From Mobula hypostoma (Eukaryota), in assembly GCF_963921235.1 (NCBI RefSeq), contig NC_086099.1, positions 104,036,001-104,100,000 on the forward strand: a DNA stretch of 64,000 bases, in the 5' to 3' direction. Numbering within the stretch: the first letter of the stretch is position 1; every line of letters begins with the position of its first letter. Shown in pieces: positions 38,440 through 52,207 of this stretch. Made by a program: the position numbers and the translations under genes. A model generated the notes under the pieces. The model was not told the DNA's origin, did not search any database, and saw only the letters and a list, made by a program, of their open reading frames with translations.

Positions 38440-40799
38440 TCATTTAATTACTTCTCCTAAAGAGTCGCTTTGTTCGGGGATTAAGGGAGAGACCTTATCA
38501 GCAGACCTGGCCAAAACAATAGCCTTCTCCCATCTGGTCGATACCATACTCATCTTTTCAAAATGGTTTTTTTGTCTTATCGGGGGGATCCTGGCTTCAT
38601 TGATTTCCGCGCTAACTCCGACGAGGTTTGTTAGCATATCAAAAGCCTGTGACCGTCTCAGTTCGCGTCGGCCATAATCAATAACATCCTTCCTCCGGTG
38701 CAGCCAGTAAACCTCTTTCATGATTCCACCAACTGTTCCCTCCAGTACCGCAAAATGTCCACCGGGGGGTACCTTGTGGGCTAGGTTAAAAATCTCATCC
38801 CCATAACTCTTTTGCACCACCCCCCATTCCTCATCTGCGGGTACGGTACTTGGTCTCCCTTGCTTCCTTAGCACTTCCTCCTCCACACAATAGCCTACTA
38901 GTTCCCTTGTTAAGTATGTGTCAGAGAGAGCTGTCTCTGCCAAAACCATCAGCCCCTCGTCTTGCTCCTGCGTCTGCACAAATTCTTTCCTGGCTACTGC
39001 TACGTCTGTCCCAGCTCCCTCACTACTTCTTGTCTCACTACACTCCTTCTTTTCACTTTCTACCCCCTTCTTGTACAAGGCTGGCAGAAACGTCTCAGCT
39101 AAATTTACTACCGGGGTCCCGTGATGAACCTGTGAGTTCATGGGCGGGGTCTCAATGCTGGCAGGCTGACCTGTCAATCTCACGACTGGGAACACGATTC
39201 CCCCAGCGACGTCATTACCGAGCAAGACTTCTACGCCTTTCATCGGTAATTCGGATCTTACCCCGATCGTGACTAGTCCAGAGACCAGGTTGCTTTGTAA
39301 GTGTACCTGGTGCAAAGGGACTGTCTCTGTCCCTTCTCCAATACCTTTGACCTTGACCTCCCAAGTCTGGGTCTCTGAGCTAAACTCGAATGCACTCTTC
39401 AGTATTAGTGACTGACACGCTCCCGTGTCTCTCCAGATCCGCACTGGAACTGGCTTTAACCCCTCCTTCACTGACACCAATCCGGCCGAGATAAACTTCT
39501 CGCACCCTTCCTGAACTTTGGCAGACCTGTCCTTCCCTATCGGTTCGTTTACCAGCTCGATACAGCCAGTCAAAATCGCCGTTTTTCCTTTTCCCGTCTC
39601 CTTCTTTGGGGCAAAGCACCTGGACGCAAAGTGTCCGACTTTCCCGCAATTATAACAGACGACCCCAGAAGACTTCCTACCAGACTGCTCCCGGTCTACC
39701 TTATCCTTCTCACTAGCCCCCGGCTTACTTTCTGACTTTTCTGGCCGACTCTCCCCGCCGTCCTGACTACCCTTCTGGTAGGCTTTACTCGGGGAAAACT
39801 TCATTTTATGCGTCAACGCATACTCATCCGCTAACTTAGCAGTTGCGGCTAACGTGGTTGCCTCTTTCTCATCTAGGTAGGGTCTCATACCCTCAGGGAC
39901 ACAACCCTTAAACTGCTCAATCAGGATCAGCTGTAGCAGTCTGTCATAATCCCCCTCTACCCCCTTCGAGGTGCACCAACGCTCACAATATGTCTGCATC
40001 TCACGGGCAAACTCTAAATACGTGCGGTCCCACTTCTTCCTCGCATTCCGGAACCTCTGCCGGTATGCCTCCAGGAACAACTCATAAATCCTGAGGATGG
40101 CCTCTTTCACCACCTCATACCTCTGGGCATCTTCCGCGGACAAAGCCGAGTAAGCTTGTTGGGCTTTCCCTTTCAGTACACTCTGAAGTAAAACAACCCA
40201 CTTATCCCTCAACCAGTCCTGACTTGTAGCAACTTTTTCGAAATGGAGAAAGTACCGATCCATGTTGGTATCGTCAAATGACGGAACCAGCCTAACCTCC
40301 TGGGTCGCCCGGAACCCTCCACCTTGGTTCGGCACGGGCCCCTGCTCGGACCTTATCTTTAACTTCTCCAGCTCAAATTCCCTTTCCCTCTGCCTCTCTC
40401 TCTCTTCTCGCTCCAACTGTCTGTCTCTCTCTCTCTCTCCTGCCTTTCTAACTCTTTCTCTTTCTCCCGCCTTTCTAACTCTCTCTCCTGCCTTTCTAAC
40501 TGCTTCTCTTCGTGTTCTAACTGCCGTACCCGGAACTCGTGCTCGAGTCTCAGTTTTTCAAGCTGCACCTGTAACGCGTCTCCAGCAGGTTTTTCAATAG
40601 ACACCACCCCCAGCTCACCTTGGGGAAACACACCTTTAGATACATAGTGCTCTACGATAGCTCTGTGTATCTCCTCTCTCCTCATTGTCGACTTCCCCTT
40701 AGCAAGATTCAACCGTTTGGCCACAGCTACCAATTCCGATTTCCTGGCATCCTCTAATGCCTCCAAGTTCAGCGCCTTTATAAATTCCTCAGCCTCCAT
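38440..40799 (-). pseudogene. gag-protease-integrase remnant, same frameshift as the unit 2 copy
   Basis: ORFs 40359-40799 and 38440-40416; the 658-aa part differs from the other copy at only about 5 residues. Confidence 0.8.
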
Positions 40800-40875
40800 T
40801 TCTGTTGTTTGTCTTTTCTTTCTTTCGGGAATTTTGACCCAATCAATTTACTCCGTCCCAAATTTAGCGTTCAAA

Positions 40876-40893
40876 ATCGCGGACGAGCCCCCA
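40876..40893 (-). promoter_or_regulatory. Primer-binding site complementary to tRNA-Pro
   Basis: TGGGGGCTCGTCCGCGAT has one mismatch to canonical PBS-Pro TGGGGGCTCGTCCGGGAT and lies 4 nt from the 5' LTR; the same site is at 25035-25052. Confidence 0.9.
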
Positions 40894-42357
40894 CTTATGT
40901 TACGTACCCCGTAACTGGGTTGCCAAACCGGCAGAAATGGATCACTCAGTTGGAGTCTGGATTACTAGAACTAAGAAAGTTTTATTAAAGAAACAAGCAA
41001 CACAGTACTCTAATCAAACGGATAATAAATGCAACAGTTCAGCAATGATAAACACACATGCACACAGAATTAAGATAACAGGATCAATGAAGCGCTATCG
41101 TTGTCTAGGGGTAGATGACCAGTTTCAAAATGACGCAAAGTTCAGTTCAATTTAGTTCAGTTCAGTTCGCAGTAATCGCTGCCGTGGCGATGGACAGTGG
41201 GGGGGAAGGAGAGAGAGAGCAAAACGAATGAATATTCAAGGCTTCCACACACAGACCTTCGCAGTCAGGTTTCGGGCGAGTCCTTTGTGATGTCATCTGA
41301 GGTCACCCTCTGTGACCCCTCCGTTTCCAGATACGATCGTTTCCCTGTGCTGAACCTGGCACCCAGGCAAGGGTGGGCACACACCAGGTTCCCACCGATC
41401 GTGCCTTTCAACCCAGTGCGTTTATGGCCCGGTACTTCCCACCGACTTGTGAGAAACACACCGCTTTCAGGGTCTTGTTACCTCGAGAGTTGTGTGTGTG
41501 TCGCCTTAGCGAACCTGTCCCTTTTTATCCCCGTGCTGGGGTATCGCCTGTCCATCACTTCAAACAGTTCGGGGTTCAAAGGGTGAGCCGCTCTTGACAG
41601 CTCTCTCCTTCTGTTACTCTCTCTCCCGTCCCTTCATTACACATCTCCAAATGCTGCCTCATTGTTTTCCTTATCTCTCTCTCTCCTGAAGACAGGTGGC
41701 AGACCAACTGCTGAATCCACTGGTGCCAGCCCAGGACAGCTACATCTTAATCTATGTGTATTCTTGTCACACCATGTTCACACTCAGTTTGGGGTTGATG
41801 GCTACTGGCAGTAGTTTAGGTAGGTAAGGACCTCCCATGTACGGTTGAGCCTGAATAAAGAGACACTTTTGTATCTAGACCACATCAATACATCAATATT
41901 CCAGATCCTTGTGCCCAGGAACAATTCACGGACCATTCAGAAATCTGATGGCGGAGGGGAAGAAGGTGCTCTAAAACAATGAGAGTTTATCTTTAGGTTC
42001 CTATGCCTCCTCCCTGATTATAGTCAGAAGAAGAGGTCACGCCACTAATGTTGGACATCCTGAATGATAGACTCTGTATCCTGGACAAAACGTATTTAGA
42101 AGGTGTTCTCGATGGTGGGTCGGCAGATATCCGTGATGGCCCAGGCTCAAACAACGACCTCTGCAGACTCTTACAATCCGGTCTATTGGTGTACACAGTC
42201 TAATTCATGTGAATGAGCAATTGAACATCAGCTAGCACATGGGCTTCACACAGCAAGTTCTTGATATAGTGCGAAGGGGGACAACTACAAAGTGAGTTCT
42301 TCAAAACTGGAATTAATGCTCACACGTAAGAGGGAAGATGTTCAAACACAATATGAT

Positions 42358-42493
42358 NNNNNNNNNNNNNNNNNNNNNNNNNNNNNNNNNNNNNNNNNNN
42401 NNNNNNNNNNNNNNNNNNNNNNNNNNNNNNNNNNNNNNNNNNNNNNNNNNNNNNNNNNNNNNNNNNNNNNNNNNNNNNNNNNNNNNNNNNNNN
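42358..42493. other. N run (136 nt) at the microsatellite homologue
   Basis: Same flanks as 26517-26708. Confidence 0.9.
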
Positions 42494-42647
42494 CTGTTAT
42501 CCACCCTCCTGTTAATGAGCCATTGAGTTTAAGGGACAGTTGGGATTAACAATTAGTGATAACCTGTGAATTAGCAATAAGAATCATGACATTTAATGGA
42601 CAATGCTGACACTTGAGCTATTCTTGATGCCAACTTCAGTTTTCTGA

Positions 42648-44500
42648 CGTAGAACATAGAACATAAAACAATACAACACAATACAAGCCATTTGGCTCAT
42701 GATGTTGTGTCGACATTTTAACTTCCTCCAAAATCACTCCAGTGCTTTCCTCACACATTGTCTTCCATTTTTCTTCCATCCACGTGCCTATCATTAACAT
42801 CTTTAATATATCTGCCTTCAACACCACCCCAGCACCTCGTTTCATGCAGCCATCAATCTCTGTACAAAAAACGTAGCTCTGACCTGCACCTATACTTTAC
42901 TCTAATCACCTTAAAATTTAGTCCTCTCATATACATCATTTACTTCCTGGGAAAAGGGCACTAAATGTTCACGCTGTTAATGTCTCTCACCATTGTTTAC
43001 ACTGCTGTAAAGTCAACTCTCGCCCTCCTACTTCCAAAGAGGAAAACCCAAGCTTGCTCAACCTTTCCTCATAATACATGATGTCTAATCCAGCCCATCT
43101 CCTCTGCAACCTCTCTGAAGCTTCCCCGTCCTCACTACAATGAGGCAATCAGAAATGAGCACAATATTTTAAGTATGGTCTAATCAGAGTTGTCCAGAAA
43201 TGCAAAATTATCTTGTAACTCTTCAACTCTGTTATTCAACTTCTGAAAGGCAAAACATCATGGCGTTCTCAAACACTTCACCAATCTGCACATCATTTTT
43301 GAAGATATACATACATGGACCCCACAATCTCTTTGTTCCTCCACACTGCTACGAATTCTGCCATTAACCCTGTACCTGGCCTTCAAGTTCAAACTCACAA
43401 AGTGTATCACTTCACACTTTTCCAGATTAAACTCCATCTCCCACTTATGCATCCTTCAGTTTCCCATTATAACCGACGACAACCTTCCACACTATCCACA
43501 ACATCGCCAACACTTGCAACACCTAGAAACTTACTAAGCAGTCCAACTACTTACTCATCCAAGTCATTTATAAATATCACAAAGAACAAGGCTCTCATAA
43601 CAGATCACTGTGAAACACCTCTGGATACCAACCTGCAGGCAGAATATGCTCCATCTACTACCACCCTCTGCCTTCTGTGGGCAAGCCAATTCTGTATCCA
43701 TGAGGGCAGTTCTCCGTGCATCCCATGCCTCCTGACTTTCCAAGTGAGCATGCTATTGCGAGCCTTCTCAAATACCTTACTAAAAGCCATATACACCACA
43801 TCCACTGCTCTGTCTTAATCAAATTGTATGCTCATTTCCTTGCAGAATTCAGTCAGGCTTATGAGACATGATCTGTCCTTTGCAAACTCACACTGACTAT
43901 CCCTGATCAAGTCTATGCTTCTCCAAATGTAAGTCCTGTCTCAAAGACTTCTCTCCAATCATTTTCCCACCAATGGCATAAGATTCACAGATCTATCATT
44001 CCGAGGTTTATCCAAATTACCTTACTTGAACAAAGAAATAATATTAGTCCACCTCCAATCCTCTGGTACTACTATTGTGAACAGTAAGAATGCAAAGATC
44101 ATCACTAAAGGTGCAGCAATCTCTTCTCTTGCTCTCTCAGTACCCGGGGTAAACCTCGTTCAGTCACAGGGAATTATCTATCCCAATGTTTCTCAAGAGT
44201 TCTACACATCCTCTTTCTTAATGTTGACATGTCGCAGCCTGTTCAATGATAACCACACATTTGTGAAGCTCCCTCCCGTTGGTGAATGGTGAAACAAAGT
44301 ATTCATTGAGGACCTCCCCTGATCCTTCAAATAAAAGTATGTTTCCACTTTTATCTCTGACGCTCATAACTCCAGCTAATCATCCTCTGGTTCTTCACAT
44401 ACAGTACATGTAGAATGAGCTGATGTTTTCCTTAATCTTACTCACCAAGGTCATCTCATGTCCTTTTCTGGCTCTCCAAAATCTAGTCTTAATCTCCTCC
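42648..44500 (-). mobile_element. Old CR1 fragment (paralog)
   Basis: Matches 26867-28715. Confidence 0.85.
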
Positions 44501-45855
44501 TGGCTACTTTATAATTCTTTAAGCTCAAAATTTCAGTTTCTGGTCTGATGTTAATTGCACTGCAGATCCAGTTTGTCTGTGTTAAGTTACAATGACAGGT
44601 ATGTCAATTGCCCTGACAAAGAATCTTCTGTCTCAACGATTCAACAATTCCGTGACATTGTACTAATCTGTGCCCTTCATCTGTGCAGTTGACTAAATGT
44701 CACAACTATCTCAGTGTGTTTTAACCAAGATGAGTTCAGCGATTTCAATTTACCGGCATTTCAGGCGTTGTATGCAAATATTTAAAGAGTCATGAGGCAA
44801 ACTTGAGCTCAACTATATAGCACTATATACATTGTACATTGTGCTTATGATAATTATCCCTTGAAAATATTACCCATTATCTTAATTCTCCGAATACAAA
44901 ACATTAAATTTAAGCTGAAATTTTTAAAACCCGCTAAAATTCCCCACAGCCATTGTGCAGATTTGGCTGAGGACCCACTGCTCTTCATTCTTTAATTAGT
45001 TCATTTATTAAACGAAGAAAGACAGGACCATATACTGAAGATTCAGAACAACTGACAACGAATTCTTTTTTAGAAATACAATTTATTCTAATTTCTTAAA
45101 TACATTTGAGGAATGTTCAACAAATTCATTCACATATAACAAAAGTCCAGCTTTGATGGATAATAAACTGAATCCAGTCAGTAAAAGTTCCCTCAAGACA
45201 AAATATTTCCATCCACATATAAAGTTTATTCTTACTTAAAACTTTTATTTCATCCAGTGATTATTAGACTATTAGCAGCACTATCTTCTAAAATGCAGAT
45301 ATTTTACAGAAAAATTGCATCAGTGGAGAGTTTACTTCAACAGATTCTAGATAGATTCTAAAATCTGACGCTTTACAAAAAAACACCATATTTTCATGAT
45401 AATATCAACTGTCAAAAACTTGCAGTAAAAAGGCACAAGGTGATTTCAGACATTTTTACTGTTATTTCTATAGAAGAATGTTTCATTCAAATTAGAACAC
45501 TTTTGGTCCAATGTACTGCCATCAGTATATCACCATTTCCGAACGATTTAAGCAGGAAAGGGGAAGGTAGGAGCGGGAATTGTTGTAAACAATCCGATGT
45601 GTCCACCTGCTTTAATTTCAGGAATGGCAGAGAGCACAGTCCACCACCCATCACTGGCTTTTCTTGCGGACTGAGATCATTTTAACTCTGTAGTCATGGA
45701 GATTCATCCACCATCTTAGTTTAATACCAACATCATCTCCCAACCCGATAGCTAATACTGGATGGTGATATCACAGAGTCAACACCCAGGGCTGAGCTTC
45801 CATCTTTCCCCATCGGATAATCTAGAGATGGAATTCATTCGCTCAGTTTGCAGCT

Positions 45856-47513
45856 TCAGTTTTTTGATTTGTGTTGTTTCCCACCTGTAAAATTATTGAA
45901 TAATTTGTATCATTACCCACAGATTTTCAGCATATAGTATCTCAAGCAACAGAATTAAATGAGTTTTCAAACCGACTTTCCACAAAAAGATGCCTTGGAA
46001 ACTTGCTCATACCTCATTGATATTGCAAAAGGTATAAACCAAACTGCATCGTACTGTGTTCAAGTTCATTTCAAACTTCTCACAAAGTTACACCATGCAG
46101 GCATGTGATGTACCATTGCTGACTTCCCTGGCATCAACAGTTCATTATCCACTGTATTGATCTGAGTTGAATCACTTTCTGGCATCCATTTACCATCCTA
46201 TCATCTCTTTACAAGGAAAAATTCTAGAGCAGGCCTTCCCACCTTTTATTGTGCTATGGACTTCATGTTGTGAACCCCTGTTCTAGACAGTAAACACTGT
46301 CTATAGCTCCAACTCCAAGATGCTGGAGACCATCCAGGACAAAGCATTCTGTGCAACTGGCACCCCAATAATTTATTCACCCAAATTCCCCTATTCTATG
46401 GCTGCAACCAATGGTGAAAATCATTATTTAATATTTTAGTCTAAACATCACTGTTTAGACGATAAATCATTCTTCATTCATTAATCTCAGCTGGAATTAA
46501 AAGGTGTGATAAACAGTATCAGACATCAGTTCAGCAATTAATAGCTTTATGGTGACCCAATCTCTACTTCCTGGTCCCTACCACAGTTCCAAGGAACATT
46601 AATAATGTGAGAGGCTCAGCTCTGACAGCAAACATGGCGAATGAGTTTGCTGTCATTCCAGGTTACGGCAGGAACGACAGTGAGGAGCAGACAGCTCCCT
46701 CCACTATGAAGGGCCAGAGTCACACAGCAAAAACAATCTTTACATCTACGTTACTTAGCAGCTTAAGAGTAAAATTTTGACAAGCACCAAACACTGACCT
46801 TTCATGGCTGTTATGAGAGCCTGCAACCACCTGGCATCAGGATCCACACACACTTTCGTCTCATTTTTCAGGGTGACACTGCGAAAAGACAGTATCATTC
46901 AAAATTTAATTCACAGAAACAGTATGTCTTCTCTTGAGGTGCACAGTTTATGAAATAAACATCAGAAAAGGAATGAAGTTAAAGTTGATAATCTGGCTGC
47001 TTTACTCACATTATCTCTGCTCTGTCACAGTGGGATCCTTTGGGAATGTATTTCAAGCTCCTGATGGACGTCGGATGAATAATATCAAAGCTGGTTCGAA
47101 TGCAATGGCACCGTCCTTGTGCTCCTGGGATCGGAACACCTGAGGAAAGATTATATTCACTCAGATTTCATTGTTGTTTCAAGGAGAACAAAGCCTGTAA
47201 AACTTGCTGATACTCCACCAGTGCTTTTGCTTCATCAAAGCATCACCAGACAGGAGCTTGCACATCTCACTATCAAATGTTGCAGGAAAGCTGCATGAAT
47301 TAATCTTATATAAATCTGATGCTGATGCAATTTACAGTTACAGATATTTAAATATTTCTCACTTTCATTCCTTTCTACATTGTAAACAATACAAGAACCA
47401 CAAAATATATACATCACTTGAATAAAACTCCAGTTCAGATATCTCAACATACCCTGTGCAGCAATGGCACACAGAAGGAGGATGACGATGGTCACAGTGG
47501 CTGTTCTGTCCAT
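45856..47513 (-). CDS. CXC chemokine copy 4; exons 47513-47453, 47139-47010, 46878-46799, 45884-45856; 99 aa
   Basis: Mature region VPIPGAQGRCHCIRTSFDIIHPTSIRSLKYIPKGSHCDRAEIIVTLKNETKVCVDPDARWLQALITAMKGGKQHKSKN*; splice sites intact. Confidence 0.93.
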
Positions 47514-47601
47514 CTTCCACTTTGTACAGCAGACGGATCTTCTGTTCAATGCAGCTGTTCTCTGCTGAATCAAGACATGCTGAAACCATTCAGTGAGCTT
47601 C

Positions 47602-47717
47602 TATTTATTGGGACACTCTTCTCCAATTTGCATAATCTCATGCAGGGAACTCTGCCAAACACTGACGTCCTGAAGCAGGGGATTTCCTGCTCCCAGCTCA
47701 GATCTACTTTCACTTCT
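47602..47717 (-). promoter_or_regulatory. Proximal promoter of copy 4
   Basis: GGGGATTTCC at 47678-47687; other motifs conserved. Confidence 0.7.
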
Positions 47718-49754
47718 GTAGCTTTACATTTCAGCATGTGTGTGCTTCAGAGCTGTAATAGGATTATCTATCAATATAGCTGTTGATTCTGTTGGACTAA
47801 TTTGAAGATTGATTTGTTTATTTTCAGGAAGAAATGAATAATTCACTTTTAGCAAAGTTAATGGTGCAAATGAACCAATTGTTTGCTTTCTAGCTATCAA
47901 ATTCCATTTCTGGGCCTTATTCTCACAGGTTTTGAAAGTCTGCAGTTCAGGACAGCATGCTCACTACAAGATGGAGTTTATACCTGCGATTTCCAGGAAA
48001 TTGCTCTCCCATTCAAAATCTTCATGTTGCAGCATGTCTCCCAGCTCTTTAATGTTGCAGGTTTGGAAAATACATAGATATTTCCAACATTGGATACAAT
48101 CCACACTTTGTCTGAAGAATCAGCATGTTGCTGCATTGGTCCCAGACCTGGAATCATTCTTAAAACTTATCCATCCTCAGTGTTCACATTTTAAATCCCT
48201 GCACACCTCAGCACTGAGATTAAAGTTGTCGGGGATCCCAAATCATACTCAGCTCATAGATAGGCTTATTGCGATGCTGAAGCTGCTGTTTTTCAGCTCC
48301 AGGAGTCTTGAGTATGTGTTTACTTATACCTTCAGGATATGCAGTCTTTGCTGTATAGAATAATGTCTAGTCCTCAAGCCATTCTATACCTGATGACAAC
48401 TACATTACAATATTCTCAAAAGCACACACAAAATACTGGAGGAACTCAGCAAGTCAGGCAGTTTTGTGCAGATGTGAATATAGAATAGAGCCTGATCTCT
48501 AAAACATGATATATCCTACCATTGAATAAGCTTACTCAATTAAACATTTAAACCTCAAGTATTATACTCAATTATTCTCTGGAATTTATTTAACACTTCT
48601 CCAATGTCTCTACCAGTCCCACACACAAGTGATAGGATACATTATGTATAGATAGTGGGTTTATATGCGAGCAGAAATATTTGTGCAGAGAATGGTGTGG
48701 GATAAGTTGGACAATATTGCAAGATCTGACCAGGTTATTATGTGCTGTAATAAGGCTTTTGCTGGAATATTTGCTGCAGCAACAACTGTTCATTGTGCTC
48801 GTTGTCCGAGAGTGACGAAACATCAGCTTCAGGGCTTTCTGGAGCTGGTTCAAGTTTTAGTTCCCAGATTTGTGAATTGTGGAGCCTGGAGCCGTGTTGA
48901 CTCCTTCCCCTGGGGAAAGTACAAACATCAGTGAAATTCAGAACTGCAGCACAGATTGCAGCCAGTGTTTGTGAGACCACGTGATTTCCAGGAAATCAGC
49001 TTGTTTTATGCTTCATGATGTTCTATACATTGAAGTCTACACTTGCACCTGTTTGCTTAAATCATTTGAAATATATCACAACAAACAAAAAGACTATTCT
49101 CAGATCAGCCATGTTATAAGCATGTTGGAGTAAACAGAAGCAATCTGTCTTACGTGTGTATAATATTTTTTACCGTTCTCCATTAACAAAGATAATGAGT
49201 TCCACGGGAGGTACAAGGCCAGGAGCCAACTTCTACTGCACTGGTAAAATGAATTGTTAATATATTAAATTCACCCATATCAGTAGTTCATGAAAATCAA
49301 CAAATTAATCAGCACGTCTAAAATTCAACACAGGGGCACGTGTTTTTTTTCCAGAAAACCTGCACTTGACAACCACGAGATTCCTGTACAACACTAGCAA
49401 TATATTCAATGTCAGAAACTGCTTCCCTTTCTTTGGCTGTTGCATCCAATAATTTCCAAAGTTATGTTTTGATGCAGCTCTTTCAATACCACCTAGCTAC
49501 TTTGCCCAGGTTGCAGAGGTGGACCCAGTGTAATCAGTCTCCAAGTAGATTTAAACTGAACTATGTGAGGAATACAAAAGTGAATTGATTTTCTCAGCAT
49601 TGGTGGCCAAAGCAGATTAAATTCTGATCCTGACTTTGCTTAACCGCACATACTGTAAAAAAGAGACAGTACATATCCATCCTCAGTCCGTCAGATTTCA
49701 CTGACACACTGACGTCCATTCCAGTGTCAAGTGTGATAGGATTTGCGATGTTAG

Positions 49755-52207
49755 GGGCAAACTCCCATACTCCCATACTGTTAGGGGTCTAGATGATTTA
49801 GAGTTTGTAAAATGTGTTCCGGAAAGTTTTCTAAATCAATATATTGAGGGACCAACTAGAGGGGATGCAATATTGGATCTCCTGTCAGGAAACGAGTTAG
49901 GACAAGTGACGGAAGTCTGTGTAGGGGAGCATTTTGGTTCTAGTGATCATAACACCATAAGTTTCAATTTGATCATGGACAAGGATAGATCTGGTCCTAG
50001 GGTTGAAGTTCTGAACTGGAAGAAGGCCAAATTTGAAGAAATGAGAAAGGATCTAAAAAGCGTGGATTGGGACAGGTTGTTCTCTGGCAAAGATGTGATT
50101 GGTAGGTGGAAAGCCTTCAAAGGGGAAATTTTGAGAGTGCAGAGTTTGTATGTTCCTGTCAGGATTAAAGGCAAATTGAATAGAAATAAGGAACCTTGGT
50201 TCTCAAGGGATATTGCAACTTTGATAAAGAAGAAGAGGGAGTTGTATGAAATGTATCGGAAACAGGGAGTAAATCAGGTGCTTGAGGAGTATAAGAAGTG
50301 CAAGAAAATACTTAATTAAGAAAGTAATCAGGAGGGCTAAAAGAAGACATGAGGTTGCCTTGGCAGTCAAAGTGAAGGAAAATCCAAAGAGCTTTTGCAG
50401 GTATATTAAGAGCAAAAGGTTTGTAAGGGATAAAGTTGGTCCTCTTGAAGATCAGAGTGGTCGGTTATGTGCAGAACCAAAGGAAATGGGGGAGATTTTT
50501 TGCGTCTGTACTTACTAAGGAAACTGAATGAAGACTATGGAATTAAGGGAAACAAGTAGTGAGATCATGGAAACTGTACAGATTGAAAAGGAGGAGGTGC
50601 TTGCTGCCTTGAGGAAAATTAAAGTGGATAAATCCCCGGGACCTGTCAGAGTGTTCCCTCGGACCTTGAAGGAGACTAGTGTTGAAATTGTGGGGGCCCT
50701 GGGAGAAATATTTAAAATGTCGCTGTCTACGGGTGAGGTGCCAGAGGATTGGAGAGTGGCTCATGTTGTTCCGTTGTTTGAAAAAGGATCGAAAAGTAAT
50801 CCGGGAAGTTATAGGCCGGTGAGTTTAACGTCGGTAGTAGGTAGGTTATTGGAGGGAGTACTAAGAGACAGAATCTACAAGCATTTGGATAGACAGGGAC
50901 TTATTAGGGAGAGTCAACATGGCTTTGTGCGTGGTAGGTCATGTTTGACCAATGTATTGGAGGTTTTCGAGGAGGTTACCAGCAAAGTGGATGAAGGGAA
51001 GGCAGTGGATATTGTCTACATGGATTTCAGTAAGGCCTTTGACAAGGTCCCACATGGGAGGTTAGTTAGGAAAATTCAGTCGCTCGGTATACATGGAGAG
51101 GTGGTAAATTGGATTAGACGTTGGCTCAATGGAAGAAGCCAAAGAGTGGTGGTAGAGAATTGCTTCTCTGAGTGGAGGCCTGTGACTAGTGGTGTGCCAC
51201 AGGGATCAGTGCTGGGTCCATTGTTATTTGCCATCTATATCAATGATCTGGATGATAATATGGTAAATTGGATCAGCAAATTTGCTGATGATACAAAGAT
51301 TGGAGGTGTAGTAGACAGTGAGAATGGTTTTCAGAGCCTGCAGAGGGACTTGGACCAGCTGGAAAAATGGGCTGAAAAATGGCAGATGGAGTTTAATACA
51401 GACAAGTGTGAGATATTGCACGTTGGAAGTTCAAACCAAGGTAGAACATACAGGGTTAATGGTAAGGCACTGAGGAGTGCAGTAGAACAGAAGGATCTGG
51501 GAATACAGATACAAAATTCCCTAAAAGTGGCGTCACAAGTAGATAGGGTCGTAAAGAGAGCTTTTGGCACATTGGTCTTTATTAATCAAAGTATTGACTA
51601 TAAGAGCTGGAATGTTATGATGAGGTTGTATAAGGCATTGGTGAGGCTGAATCTGGAGTATTGTGTTCAGATTTGGTCACCAAATTACAGGAAGGATATA
51701 AATAAGGTTGAAAGAGTGCAGAGAAGCTTTACAAGGATGTTGCCAGGACTTGAGAAACTCAGTTACAGAGAAAGGTTGAATAGGTTAGGACTTTATTCCC
51801 TGGAGCGTAGAAGAATGAGGGGAGATTTGATAGAGGTATATAAAATTATGATGGGTATAGATAGAGCGAATGCAAGCAGGCTTTTTCCACTGAGGCAAGG
51901 GGAGAAAAAAACCAGGTAACATGGGTTAAGGGTGAGGGGGGAAAAGTTTAAAGGGAATATTAGTGGGGGCTTCTTCACACAGAGAGTGGTGGGAGCATGG
52001 AATGAGCTGCCAGATGAGGTGGTAAATGCGGGCTCTTTATTAACATTTAAGAATAAATTGGACAGATACATGGATGGGAGGTGTATGGAGGGATATGGTC
52101 CATGTGCAGGTCGGTGGGACTTGGTAGAAAATAGTTTGGCACAGCGAAGAAGGGCCAAAAGGCCTGTTTCTGGGCCGTAGTTTCTATGGTTTCTATGGTT
52201 TTCTATG
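49755..52207 (+). mobile_element. Young CR1 LINE (unit 4)
   Basis: ORF 50528-51919 RT; apparent TSD GTTAG at 49750-49754 and 52208-52212. Confidence 0.95.

Larger units (their letters stand above)
36866..41771 (-). mobile_element. Two-LTR non-autonomous Gmr1-like Gypsy element: 3' LTR 36866-37741, 5' LTR 40898-41771
   Basis: 4-bp TSD CCAT at 36862-36865 and 41772-41775; PPT AAAGGGGGGAAAG at about 37742-37754 (-); PBS at 40876-40893; domain order gag-PR-IN remnant-RT remnant-RNase H remnant (ITHIKGTENVMADCLS at about 37873-37920). Confidence 0.92.

Noticed and set aside
38440-40416. Domesticated SCAN/gag host gene
   Set aside because: Still flanked by LTRs, PBS, PPT and TSD, and frameshifted near the N-terminus.
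40876-40893. tRNA-Pro gene
   Set aside because: Only about 18-25 nt complementary to the tRNA 3' end, next to an LTR: a primer-binding site.
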